In this document: one piece after another, positions 7,638-16,007 of the stretch
How the letters are laid out: each line of letters starts with the position of its first letter
How positions within the stretch are numbered: position 1 is the first letter of the stretch
The notes under the pieces: generated by a model
Seen by the model: only the letters and a program-made list of their open reading frames with translations
The model's database searches: none
Told to the model about the DNA's origin: nothing
Assembly: GCA_016929235.1 (NCBI GenBank)
Contig: JAFGJD010000004.1
Span: forward strand, 44,866-64,865
Length of the DNA stretch: 20,000 bases
DNA from: Candidatus Babeliales bacterium
Lineage (GTDB): Bacteria > Babelota > Babeliae > Babelales > JABCYS01
Direction of reading: 5' to 3'
Translations under genes and position numbers: made by a program

Positions 7638-8914
7638 ACATTAATATGATGAGCTGTCGCTATGAGGCATTACAAGACATCTGCGCAGCATATCAAACGA
7701 TTCAGATACCACTCGTCGGCTTCAATGGAACACAGTATTATCCTGTGGTCACTGCAGATGATATGGGTATGTACACACTAATCCCAAAAATAGCCTCTTT
7801 TTTTTCTTGGACCTTAGATAATACTCTTAAATATTTTTTCAATACCATAACACTATGTGCTCTTCTTATTGGTCTTGTTGGATTATTTCTCCTTTATCCT
7901 TCTGTGAAGCAACGTATCATCTCAACGATTACCTTGCTCCTCATCGCAAGCATGACTTCTGAACCGCTGGATATCTACAGAATTGCACCAGCAATTACGA
8001 TCGGACTCTTACCATTCACTACATACTTATTTGCCAAACAAATACGATCAAAAACAACTCCCGCATTTCTTTTTTTTGCTGGCCTGATAATAGGATTTGG
8101 AAATACTCTGCGCACGCATGCTGGAACACCTATTTTCTTTTTTATAGCAATCATGATCATATTCGAGGCAATTTCATCTCGCAGAAAAATTATCTTTTGT
8201 ACATTGCTGCTCAGTGGACTTGCTATGTCAAAATTGTATTTTTCTCATCAATACAAATTATACACCCAGTATATTGAACACCATTATCCCGATACTCCGT
8301 GTGATCAAGGAACACATATTTTCTGGCATGCCGTGTATTTAGGGTTTGGGTTCCTTGAAAATCAATATCACATTACCTTTGATGATAACCTCGCAAAAGA
8401 GCGAGTATCAAAGGCAACCCATGAAACAATATACCCATCTGAAAAGAGTGAACATTTTCTAAAGAATGAAGTAATAACTCTTATCAAAACGAACAAGAAA
8501 TTTGTGCTTTACACGCTTTTTTCCAAGATAGGGATTCTCCTTTTATTCCTGCTGGCATTCGCCAATATAGGGATGCTCTGCGCTTTGCTCCCTCCATACG
8601 ACTGGAAAACACTCGCTGCATGGATAGTTGCTCTAGCATTTAGCGCCCTTCCAGGTATGCTTGTCATACCGCGAGAGAACTATATGTTCGGTTTTATTAC
8701 ATTAGCATGCCTCTTTGGCCTGAACTATGTGAATCGTAGAAATAATCTACTTTATTCGCTCTTATTCATCGGCATTGAAGCAGTAGCATGCCACATTCTC
8801 TCAATTGAACAGGGACTTCGGTTACTTCTTATTTATTCACTGCCATTTTATTGTTGTCTCGGACTAACTATTTTATTCTTACACTTCATTACCAAACAAG
8901 TGAGGCTACAATGA
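7634..8914 (+). CDS. Uncharacterised polytopic membrane protein, putative GT-C glycosyltransferase (paralog A)
   Basis: Start placed at the ATGA overlap with the upstream stop (7634) rather than 7550. Many TM segments. Motifs TADDMG-Y, R-HAGT and HIFWHAVYLGFGFL-N-Y are shared with the next gene. Confidence 0.65.
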   Translation: MNINMMSCRYEALQDICAAYQTIQIPLVGFNGTQYYPVVTADDMGMYTLIPKIASFFSWTLDNTLKYFFNTITLCALLIGLVGLFLLYPSVKQRIISTITLLLIASMTSEPLDIYRIAPAITIGLLPFTTYLFAKQIRSKTTPAFLFFAGLIIGFGNTLRTHAGTPIFFFIAIMIIFEAISSRRKIIFCTLLLSGLAMSKLYFSHQYKLYTQYIEHHYPDTPCDQGTHIFWHAVYLGFGFLENQYHITFDDNLAKERVSKATHETIYPSEKSEHFLKNEVITLIKTNKKFVLYTLFSKIGILLLFLLAFANIGMLCALLPPYDWKTLAAWIVALAFSALPGMLVIPRENYMFGFITLACLFGLNYVNRRNNLLYSLLFIGIEAVACHILSIEQGLRLLLIYSLPFYCCLGLTILFLHFITKQVRLQ

Positions 8915-10059
8915 CACCACTGCCGATTATGGAATCTCGCTATCTTGTTTTGCAAAAAACATTCGCAGCATTTCAAGCAACCGGTATTCCTCTTCTTTTT
9001 GAAACTAACTCTGGATATACTCCAGCAATTACTGCTGACGATATTGGCCTTTATTGCATCATCCCCTCAATGATGCAATGGTTTTCTATTTCCCTTGAGA
9101 ACGCCATTACAACATTTTTTAACGGGACAATGATCTTTTCTCTTATCATGGCAGCAATAGGATTCTTTCTCTCTTATAAATCATGGGTCACACGAAGCAT
9201 CGTCCTTATGGGGCTAGCACTAACTGCTCAATCCATGCTTCCCACCATGGATGTATATCGGATCTCTGGAACGGTCATCTTCGGAACATTACCTCTCTTT
9301 TTGTACTTTATTCGCAAGAATCACACTTCACTATGGTTGTATCCATTTCTCGTCTATGCTGGACTGTATGCAGGCCTTGCCCAGTACATACGTATTCATT
9401 CTGGAACAAACATCATTCTTTTTATTGTTCTATGTCTTCTGCTTCATACAAAGTTCAATATTACAAAGAAGCTCTTGCTCATCTGTACATTTATGTTCGG
9501 CTTTGTATTGAGTAGCTCATATTTTATGTATCAATGGCACAAGCATGTTATTTATATTGAGCAACATCTACCAGAACATCACGCTGATAAAGGAGCACAT
9601 GTTTTTTGGCACCAGGTTTATTTAGGATTCGGCTTTCTGCAAAATGATTATAACATACAATATGATGACCATGTAGCAGATATGAAGGTACAGTCAATTT
9701 GCCCCAATACTCCATATCCATGCAAAAAAAGCGAACGTTTATTACGCGAGGAAGTCTTTAAACTCATACTAGAACATCCCATCTTTGCCTTGTATACCTA
9801 CAGCGCAAAAGTCGGCATTTTACTACTTCTTTTGTTCTTATTTGCAAACGTAGGCTTGTTAGCGGCATGGTTGTATCGCAAACCGTGGTACATAGACCTT
9901 GCCTTTATTGCCACCCTTTCATTTAGTGCTCTTCCCGGACTCCTGACTATACCAACCATTTTCTACTTGCTTGGATTCACAGCATGTGCCACACTGTATG
10001 GGCTCACCAGTATTGGAGATGCAGTTGAGCATAATATTCGGAAAAAAGCACTGAGCTAA
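8911..10059 (+). CDS. Uncharacterised polytopic membrane protein, putative GT-C glycosyltransferase (paralog B)
   Basis: Start at the ATGA overlap (8911) with GAGG upstream. Motifs TADDIG-Y, R-HSGT, HVFWHQVYLGFGFL-N-Y and FSALPG align with the upstream paralog. Confidence 0.65.
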   Translation: MTPLPIMESRYLVLQKTFAAFQATGIPLLFETNSGYTPAITADDIGLYCIIPSMMQWFSISLENAITTFFNGTMIFSLIMAAIGFFLSYKSWVTRSIVLMGLALTAQSMLPTMDVYRISGTVIFGTLPLFLYFIRKNHTSLWLYPFLVYAGLYAGLAQYIRIHSGTNIILFIVLCLLLHTKFNITKKLLLICTFMFGFVLSSSYFMYQWHKHVIYIEQHLPEHHADKGAHVFWHQVYLGFGFLQNDYNIQYDDHVADMKVQSICPNTPYPCKKSERLLREEVFKLILEHPIFALYTYSAKVGILLLLLFLFANVGLLAAWLYRKPWYIDLAFIATLSFSALPGLLTIPTIFYLLGFTACATLYGLTSIGDAVEHNIRKKALS

Positions 10060-10064
10060 TTCTC

Positions 10065-11081
10065 ATGAACCATAAGGATGAAAAATCATTTTTTACTGGT
10101 ACAGCAAGGCCTTTCACAGATAAAGATCTGATTCAGTCAGGCGCATACACACAACATAAGGCGCCTTTTAGCCAAACCATGAATCACCCCGCAGTTTCAC
10201 TCGTTCTCCCCGTATACAACGAAGCAGAATCACTTGAACGATTCTTTAATACAGTATTTTCTATCATGAACTTACTTCCCTACACCTATGAATTCATCTT
10301 TATAGATGATGGTAGCTCAGATAGTTCATGGGATATCCTGACCATGCTGGCACATAAAAATCCACAGGTAAAAGTGATACAATTATCAAGAAATTTTGGG
10401 CATCAAATAGCCCTCACTGCTGGATATGATTACGCATCGGGCGATGCAATTATATCAATGGATACAGATCTTCAGCACCCGCCAGAACTTATTCCTCAAC
10501 TCTTAGAAAAATGGCAATCTGGCTATAACATTGTCTACGCACGCAAACGTAATAACGAAGAGTCATTCCTGAAAAAATATACATCAATTCTATATTACAA
10601 ATTATTACAAAGCATCAGCTCCATTATCATACCTGAAAAAGTAGCCGACTTTCGCTTGATCGACCGAGAGACACATGACCATATGCAAAAATATCGAGGG
10701 AAAACACGCTATCTTCGTGGACTTGTGAGCTGGACAGGACTTTCATTTACGTTTGTTGACTTTACATGCCAGAAACGTACAGCAGGAACATCGGGTTATT
10801 CGCTAAAAAAAATGTTCTCTCTTGCATGGGATGGGATCACGACCTTCTCAACGCTTCCCCTTAACCTCAGTTTGTATATGGGCTTTCTCATGCTTTTTAT
10901 TTTTCCATGGCTTATTCTTTGGATAGAACCATCTTTCGGACTTGCAGCCCTGTATTGTACAACCAACATGACTTTCTTTTTCATCTGGATCTTAGGCGCC
11001 TACATCAGTAGAATCCATCAGGGGGAATTGGGGCTCTCGTTATACATTGTTCAATCTACAATCAATCTTCATTCATATTGA
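10065..11081 (+). CDS. GT2 polyprenol-phosphate glycosyltransferase (GtrB/DPM1-like)
   Basis: PVYNE, DDGSSD, SRNFGHQ, MDTDLQHPP, DFRL, RYLRGL and two C-terminal TM helices. An alternative start at 10179 (MNHPAVS) is plausible. Confidence 0.9.
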   Translation: MNHKDEKSFFTGTARPFTDKDLIQSGAYTQHKAPFSQTMNHPAVSLVLPVYNEAESLERFFNTVFSIMNLLPYTYEFIFIDDGSSDSSWDILTMLAHKNPQVKVIQLSRNFGHQIALTAGYDYASGDAIISMDTDLQHPPELIPQLLEKWQSGYNIVYARKRNNEESFLKKYTSILYYKLLQSISSIIIPEKVADFRLIDRETHDHMQKYRGKTRYLRGLVSWTGLSFTFVDFTCQKRTAGTSGYSLKKMFSLAWDGITTFSTLPLNLSLYMGFLMLFIFPWLILWIEPSFGLAALYCTTNMTFFFIWILGAYISRIHQGELGLSLYIVQSTINLHSY

Positions 11082-11103
11082 TCGTTTCACTAACAATGTA
11101 TAA
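11040..11103. repeat. Interrupted inverted repeat centred on the overlap of the two GT2 genes
   Basis: TTATACATTGTT (11040-51) pairs with AACAATGTATAA (11092-103), and ATCAAT (11061-66) pairs with ATTGAT (11077-82). All share the axis 11071/11072. Confidence 0.8.
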
Positions 11104-11997
11104 AGGTCGTCCTTTTGCTTCTTCATAGATGCGGCCAACATATTCTCCAAGAAACCACAAAGCAACACATTGGAAACCTATGCATAATAAAATGATCACG
11201 GAGAGCCATATCGAACCGGTGTATGGTCCATGAAACAACAAGGCCGATATCATCATATAACTTAGAGTTATACCTGATCCAAGAAGAATAAGTAAGCCTA
11301 TATAGCCAACGATCTTCATAGGGAAGATGGAAAAACCAGCAAGACCATCAAGCGCCAATGTAAACATCTTTTTGAGACTGTATCCAGACACTCCATGCTT
11401 GCGATTTGGCCGTACAAAGTCAACATATGCACACTTAAAACCAATCCATGCAACAAGACCACGTAAATAGCGTGCATGTTCACGACAGGACATTAAAACA
11501 TCAAGAGCTCTTTTGCTTACCAATCGAAAGTCACCAACATTCCTTGGAATTCTGACATCAGACACCGCATCCAAGATTTTGTAGTAAACCGAGGCTGTCA
11601 ACTTTTTGAAAAGCCCATCATTTCGATCTAATCGGCGGGCATATACAATATCCGATCCCTCTTCCCACTTTCTGATCATGTGCAAAATAACTTCAGGCGG
11701 ATCCTGTAAGTCAGCATCCATGGAAATAATAGCTTCTCCCCTGGCACAATCATAACCAGCTGTTAACGCCATTTGATGCCCAAAATTTCTGCTAAAATTA
11801 ATTCCCTTTACTCTATTATCGTTGGTCCCCAAGTTAATGATTACATCCCAGGTTGCATCGCCACTGCCATCATTGACTATGATCATCTCGAATTCATAAG
11901 GGCGTTGCTTCATAACGGCACAGAGCCGTTCATATAAAAACGGAAGATTGCGTTCTTCGTTGAAAGCGGGGATAACAAAAGAAATCATTGACACCAT
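11062..11997 (-). CDS. GT2 polyprenol-phosphate glycosyltransferase (GtrB/DPM1-like)
   Basis: PAFNEE, NDGSGD, SRNFGHQ, MDADLQDPP, GDFRL, RYLRGL, two TM helices and the GEYVGRIYEEAKGRPLYIV tail. Confidence 0.93.
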   Translation of the reverse strand: MVSMISFVIPAFNEERNLPFLYERLCAVMKQRPYEFEMIIVNDGSGDATWDVIINLGTNDNRVKGINFSRNFGHQMALTAGYDCARGEAIISMDADLQDPPEVILHMIRKWEEGSDIVYARRLDRNDGLFKKLTASVYYKILDAVSDVRIPRNVGDFRLVSKRALDVLMSCREHARYLRGLVAWIGFKCAYVDFVRPNRKHGVSGYSLKKMFTLALDGLAGFSIFPMKIVGYIGLLILLGSGITLSYMMISALLFHGPYTGSIWLSVIILLCIGFQCVALWFLGEYVGRIYEEAKGRPLYIVSETINMNED

Positions 11998-12113
11998 TCT
12001 CTGTTTCGCAGATCAAGAATTGTTATTATCAACGCGTTTAAGCAAGCTAGTGCAAAGCATAAGTAAAATCATCCGAGACGACAATCGGAAAATGGATTTT
12101 TGATTCCTCATAA

Positions 12114-13508
12114 TCATACTCTCTCCTTAAGAAGATACATCTCCTTATAGATGGGCGATTGTTCATACATTTTGTTAAATTCATCCCTATATATTACATC
12201 CTTCCATCCAAAAGGAATAACCACTTTAGGCCTTTTTGCAATGATTACAGCCATAGCATCAAATGGGTAATCGCGCATAGTTTGATATACACGCATGCCA
12301 TTAGAAAAAAACCACCAATAGAATGCATCATCTCTAAAAAGATTCCCACAAATAGTATCATCCAGTACACAGTCAGAATCATTTGTTAGAGAGTGAATAT
12401 ATTCAACTCGCGCAATATCAGAATCCGATGAACAGCGAAACGCCCTGTATATGGAATACATTGGATTAGCACACGTAAACAATACAACAAATGCCATAAC
12501 AAAGGCTCTATAAGAAAAAATTTCATATAAACCTGCTGCAGCAAGAATAGAAACAAACGGCATTGCAATACCAAAATACTGAGGAAATGAACAAGGAGTA
12601 TAGAGAAGAATCGCTGCCAATACACATGAAATGTATGTTGCATACCAGATGACCTGATTTTTCTTTCCAAAAATCAAAAAAAAGAAGTAGTAAAACCAAT
12701 GAAGGGTATTCTCTCGTAAAGCTTGCAAATACGTTTTCCATGGGGCGACATAAGACATTGCAGCATTAAGTAGCCAACACAGATCAATATACCTTAGCCA
12801 GCAACCTTTCCATATGAGGTAGAGCGCGTAGAGCACAATAGGGGTAAACCCATACAAAAATGCCCAAACCACATCTTTCACACGAATCTTACGCTGTATT
12901 ATCATCCATATAAACAGAATCCCCATCCAGCTAATAAGAAAGACCGCCTTTTGTAAGAACAAAAATGAACACCCCAATAAGAAACTGCCTATACATAAAT
13001 CGAGTAACTTATGAGATTTGCTGATATAGCTAAAAATAAAATATAGCGCCCAAATACTACAGGCAATCTGTGGCGTATCAGGACGGATTTCTATAACGGT
13101 ACTCATAAACATTTGTGACGTCTGCAAAAGAATCACACTAAGCAATGCTCTTTTCCCATCATACAACAACAGACTGAGCTTATAAGTTCCCCAGCACGTA
13201 AGAAAAAAGATACCAATCATCAAGTAGCGCAAAGCAAATATAAGATTAGTAGAACACCCACACATCCAAAAAACCGGCTGTACTAGATAATATAAAAATG
13301 GGTGGTGGTGCTGAAAGAAATCAAGATAAACTTCATGTCCTTTGAAAATATGATACGCCGAATGAATTGCCTCAAACTCATCAACAGTAAATTGTCTAAA
13401 CGGCGCAAAGGCTAGTATACAAAGCGACCAGATAACACAAACATATCTTAAAATCGTCCACCACGGCATTCTCTCCAGATATACCAAAACCTTATCGAGA
13501 GAATTCAT
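12114..13508 (-). CDS. ArnT/PMT-like (GT-C fold) integral membrane glycosyltransferase
   Basis: DE motif after TM1 (VDEFEAIH), then Y-DFFQHHHP, EIRPD and LQK. Multiple TMs and a C-terminal soluble domain. It starts 1 bp after the galE stop. Confidence 0.8.
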   Translation of the reverse strand: MNSLDKVLVYLERMPWWTILRYVCVIWSLCILAFAPFRQFTVDEFEAIHSAYHIFKGHEVYLDFFQHHHPFLYYLVQPVFWMCGCSTNLIFALRYLMIGIFFLTCWGTYKLSLLLYDGKRALLSVILLQTSQMFMSTVIEIRPDTPQIACSIWALYFIFSYISKSHKLLDLCIGSFLLGCSFLFLQKAVFLISWMGILFIWMIIQRKIRVKDVVWAFLYGFTPIVLYALYLIWKGCWLRYIDLCWLLNAAMSYVAPWKTYLQALRENTLHWFYYFFFLIFGKKNQVIWYATYISCVLAAILLYTPCSFPQYFGIAMPFVSILAAAGLYEIFSYRAFVMAFVVLFTCANPMYSIYRAFRCSSDSDIARVEYIHSLTNDSDCVLDDTICGNLFRDDAFYWWFFSNGMRVYQTMRDYPFDAMAVIIAKRPKVVIPFGWKDVIYRDEFNKMYEQSPIYKEMYLLKERV

Positions 13509-13509
13509 A

Positions 13510-14520
13510 TTATATCTTCTGCATATGTTCTGGCTTTAGACCCCTTGTTTTCTGATGTTCCTTGATATGCCATTGCCAAGCAGTTTCTACTACGGTATCA
13601 AGAGCTCCATATCGAGGAGTCCACCCCAAAATGCGTTGTGCCTTTTCGTTAGATCCCACGAGAATCGGAGGATCGCCAGGACGTCGTTCTTGATACACAA
13701 CAGGAAAGTCACGGCCACTTACTTTCTTCACTGATTCGATGACTTCGTTCACTGAGTAGCCCGAGCCATTCCCGAGATTAAATGAGTCGCTTTGATGTCC
13801 TGTCTCCAAGTATTGTAATGCCTTGTGATGCGCATCTGCCAAATCTGTCACATGAATATAATCTCGAATACATGTACCATCCCTTGTAGGATAATCTGTG
13901 CCAAACACAGCAATCTTGTCTCGCTTGCCAAGTGCGGCTTCACACACTAATGGAATTAAGTGAGTTTCAGGATCATGTCGCTCACCAACATCGCCATCAA
14001 GATCGGCTCCCGCCGCATTGAAATAGCGTAAATTAACATGCCGTATTCCATATGCATGCTCATAATCTTTGAGAATCGTTTCAACCATGAGCTTAGTTCT
14101 TCCATATGGATTGATCGGTTTTTGTTCTTCTGTTTCTACAATAGGAAGTTTTTGTGGCATGCCGTATGTTGCACAGGTAGATGAAAAGATAATCTTCTTC
14201 ACATCATACTCACGCATTACATCCAAGAGATTCAATACGCAGGCAACATTGTTATGATAATACTTTGAAGGATCACTCACTGATTCGCCAACATATGCAT
14301 ACGCCCCAAAATGCACCACCGCATGTATGGGATATTTCGCAAAGCATGTTCTGAGTTGTTCCTTGGAGACCATATCACCTAAGAAAAATGAACCCCATTT
14401 CACAAACTCTCTATGTCCATGAACAAGATTGTCAAACACAACCGTTTCATAACCCAAATGATGTAGTAACTTGTTAGTATGGGAGCCAATATACCCGGCA
14501 CCACCAATGATTAATATCAC
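13510..14520 (-). CDS. galE: UDP-sugar 4-epimerase (GalE family)
   Basis: GGAGYIGSH, SSTCATYG, YGRTK (YxxxK), LRYFNAAGA and RDYIHV. GTG start with AGAGGAG RBS. Confidence 0.93.
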   Translation of the reverse strand: MILIIGGAGYIGSHTNKLLHHLGYETVVFDNLVHGHREFVKWGSFFLGDMVSKEQLRTCFAKYPIHAVVHFGAYAYVGESVSDPSKYYHNNVACVLNLLDVMREYDVKKIIFSSTCATYGMPQKLPIVETEEQKPINPYGRTKLMVETILKDYEHAYGIRHVNLRYFNAAGADLDGDVGERHDPETHLIPLVCEAALGKRDKIAVFGTDYPTRDGTCIRDYIHVTDLADAHHKALQYLETGHQSDSFNLGNGSGYSVNEVIESVKKVSGRDFPVVYQERRPGDPPILVGSNEKAQRILGWTPRYGALDTVVETAWQWHIKEHQKTRGLKPEHMQKI

Positions 14521-14663
14521 ACGTAACTCCTCTTTAATTGCGTGCGCCAGTTTAGCGAAAAGAATGAGATAATGAAAGAATCTTAGATTGAACCCCTTGT
14601 TTGAAAAAAATAAGGAGACATGATATTAATTCATCACATTGAATCAATGTTTAGAAGGTAGAT

Positions 14664-16007
14664 ATGAAAGAATCTTCACTTCGCTGTTGCGTTGTTGGTG
14701 CAGGTTACGTTGGTCTTGTAACTGGAAGTTGTCTTGCTCGATATCACAATGTAACTCTTGTTGAATCTGACGATGCAAAACTAAAAACACTTCGTCGCAA
14801 ACGCATTCCCTTTCATGAGCCAGGACTCTCGGAATTACTCCAAGAATCATCAGTACAAAACCACCTCTCCTTCACTAATTCACTCTCAGAAGCCTTACAT
14901 AAAAATCCCCATGTCATTTTTATTTGCGTTGGCACACCATCGCTAGCAGATGGCAACGCAGATTTATCTGCAGTCTATTCAGTAGCACAAAACATCGGAA
15001 CACACGTACAAAACGACTGCCTCGTCGTGAATAAATCAACTGTTCCCATTGGTACAGCACAGCGAGTTTTGGATATTATTTGCAACCAAACGAATCATAA
15101 TGTCACAGTTGCATCAAATCCTGAATTTCTCCGGCAAGGAACCGCAGTTACGGATTTTCTTAATCCTGATCGCATTGTGGTTGGTGTAGATTCTGAATCC
15201 TCTAAAACCTTGTTGTTTCAGATATATCAACCATTTTTACAAAATCATGAGCAGTGGATTGTCATGGACATTGCCTCAGCTGAGTTATGCAAATATGCAG
15301 CAAATGCAATGCTTGCATCGCGGATAAGTTTCATGAACGAGCTTGCCCGACTTGCAGATGTTGTTGGCGCTGATATTAATCAAATTTCCCGCGGAATAGG
15401 AAAGGATCCAAGAATTGGTTCGCTCTTTCTTAAGGCAGGAATTGGTTATGGAGGAAGTTGCTTTCCCAAAGATGTAAAGGCACTTGCATATATGGGAAAA
15501 CAAAACAATCTTACGATGCCTCTTACACGAGCTATAGACGATGTAAATAACACCCAACTTGACTGGTTCTTTTCAAAATTATTGCATCATTATCAAGGAT
15601 CACTACGGAATAAACACATTGGAATTTGGGGACTTAGTTTTAAGCCTGATACAGATGACACTCGATCCTCTTCAGCAATCAATTTAATAGAAAAATGTCT
15701 AGAATATGGGGCCCATGTCATTGCATATGATCCTATTGTATCAATGCATGTAAAACACTTAGACATAACCCTTGCTCCTCATGCTCATGAAGTATTACAC
15801 AGCTCTCATTGTCTAGTGGTTCTCACAGAATGGCAGGAATTTCTCACCATTAAACCTCAGGAATTTCTTGCACTCAAAGATCAAATCATTTTTGATGGAA
15901 GAAACTGTTTAAATAGCGCTCGTCTTGCAGAATGCGGCCTTAGGTATCATGGCATAGCACACAGTGTATCCCGGCAGCCAATACAAAAAGGATCACAAGA
16001 AAATTAA
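14664..16007 (+). CDS. ugd: UDP-glucose 6-dehydrogenase
   Basis: GAGYVG, ICVGTP, KSTVP-GT, NPEFLRQG, KYAANA and GYGGSCFPKD (catalytic Cys), then FKPDTDD-R. Confidence 0.93.
   Translation: MKESSLRCCVVGAGYVGLVTGSCLARYHNVTLVESDDAKLKTLRRKRIPFHEPGLSELLQESSVQNHLSFTNSLSEALHKNPHVIFICVGTPSLADGNADLSAVYSVAQNIGTHVQNDCLVVNKSTVPIGTAQRVLDIICNQTNHNVTVASNPEFLRQGTAVTDFLNPDRIVVGVDSESSKTLLFQIYQPFLQNHEQWIVMDIASAELCKYAANAMLASRISFMNELARLADVVGADINQISRGIGKDPRIGSLFLKAGIGYGGSCFPKDVKALAYMGKQNNLTMPLTRAIDDVNNTQLDWFFSKLLHHYQGSLRNKHIGIWGLSFKPDTDDTRSSSAINLIEKCLEYGAHVIAYDPIVSMHVKHLDITLAPHAHEVLHSSHCLVVLTEWQEFLTIKPQEFLALKDQIIFDGRNCLNSARLAECGLRYHGIAHSVSRQPIQKGSQEN

Noticed and set aside
12065..12100. Imperfect hairpin between the GT-C and GT2 genes on the minus strand
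   Set aside because: The stem is bulged and AT-rich without a clean U-tract, too weak to call a terminator or ncRNA.
8070..12683. A8/T8 homopolymers in glycosylation genes (8070-8077, 10805-10812, 12676-12683) as phase-variation tracts
   Set aside because: They are short, expected in AT-rich DNA, also present in nusB, and all frames are intact.
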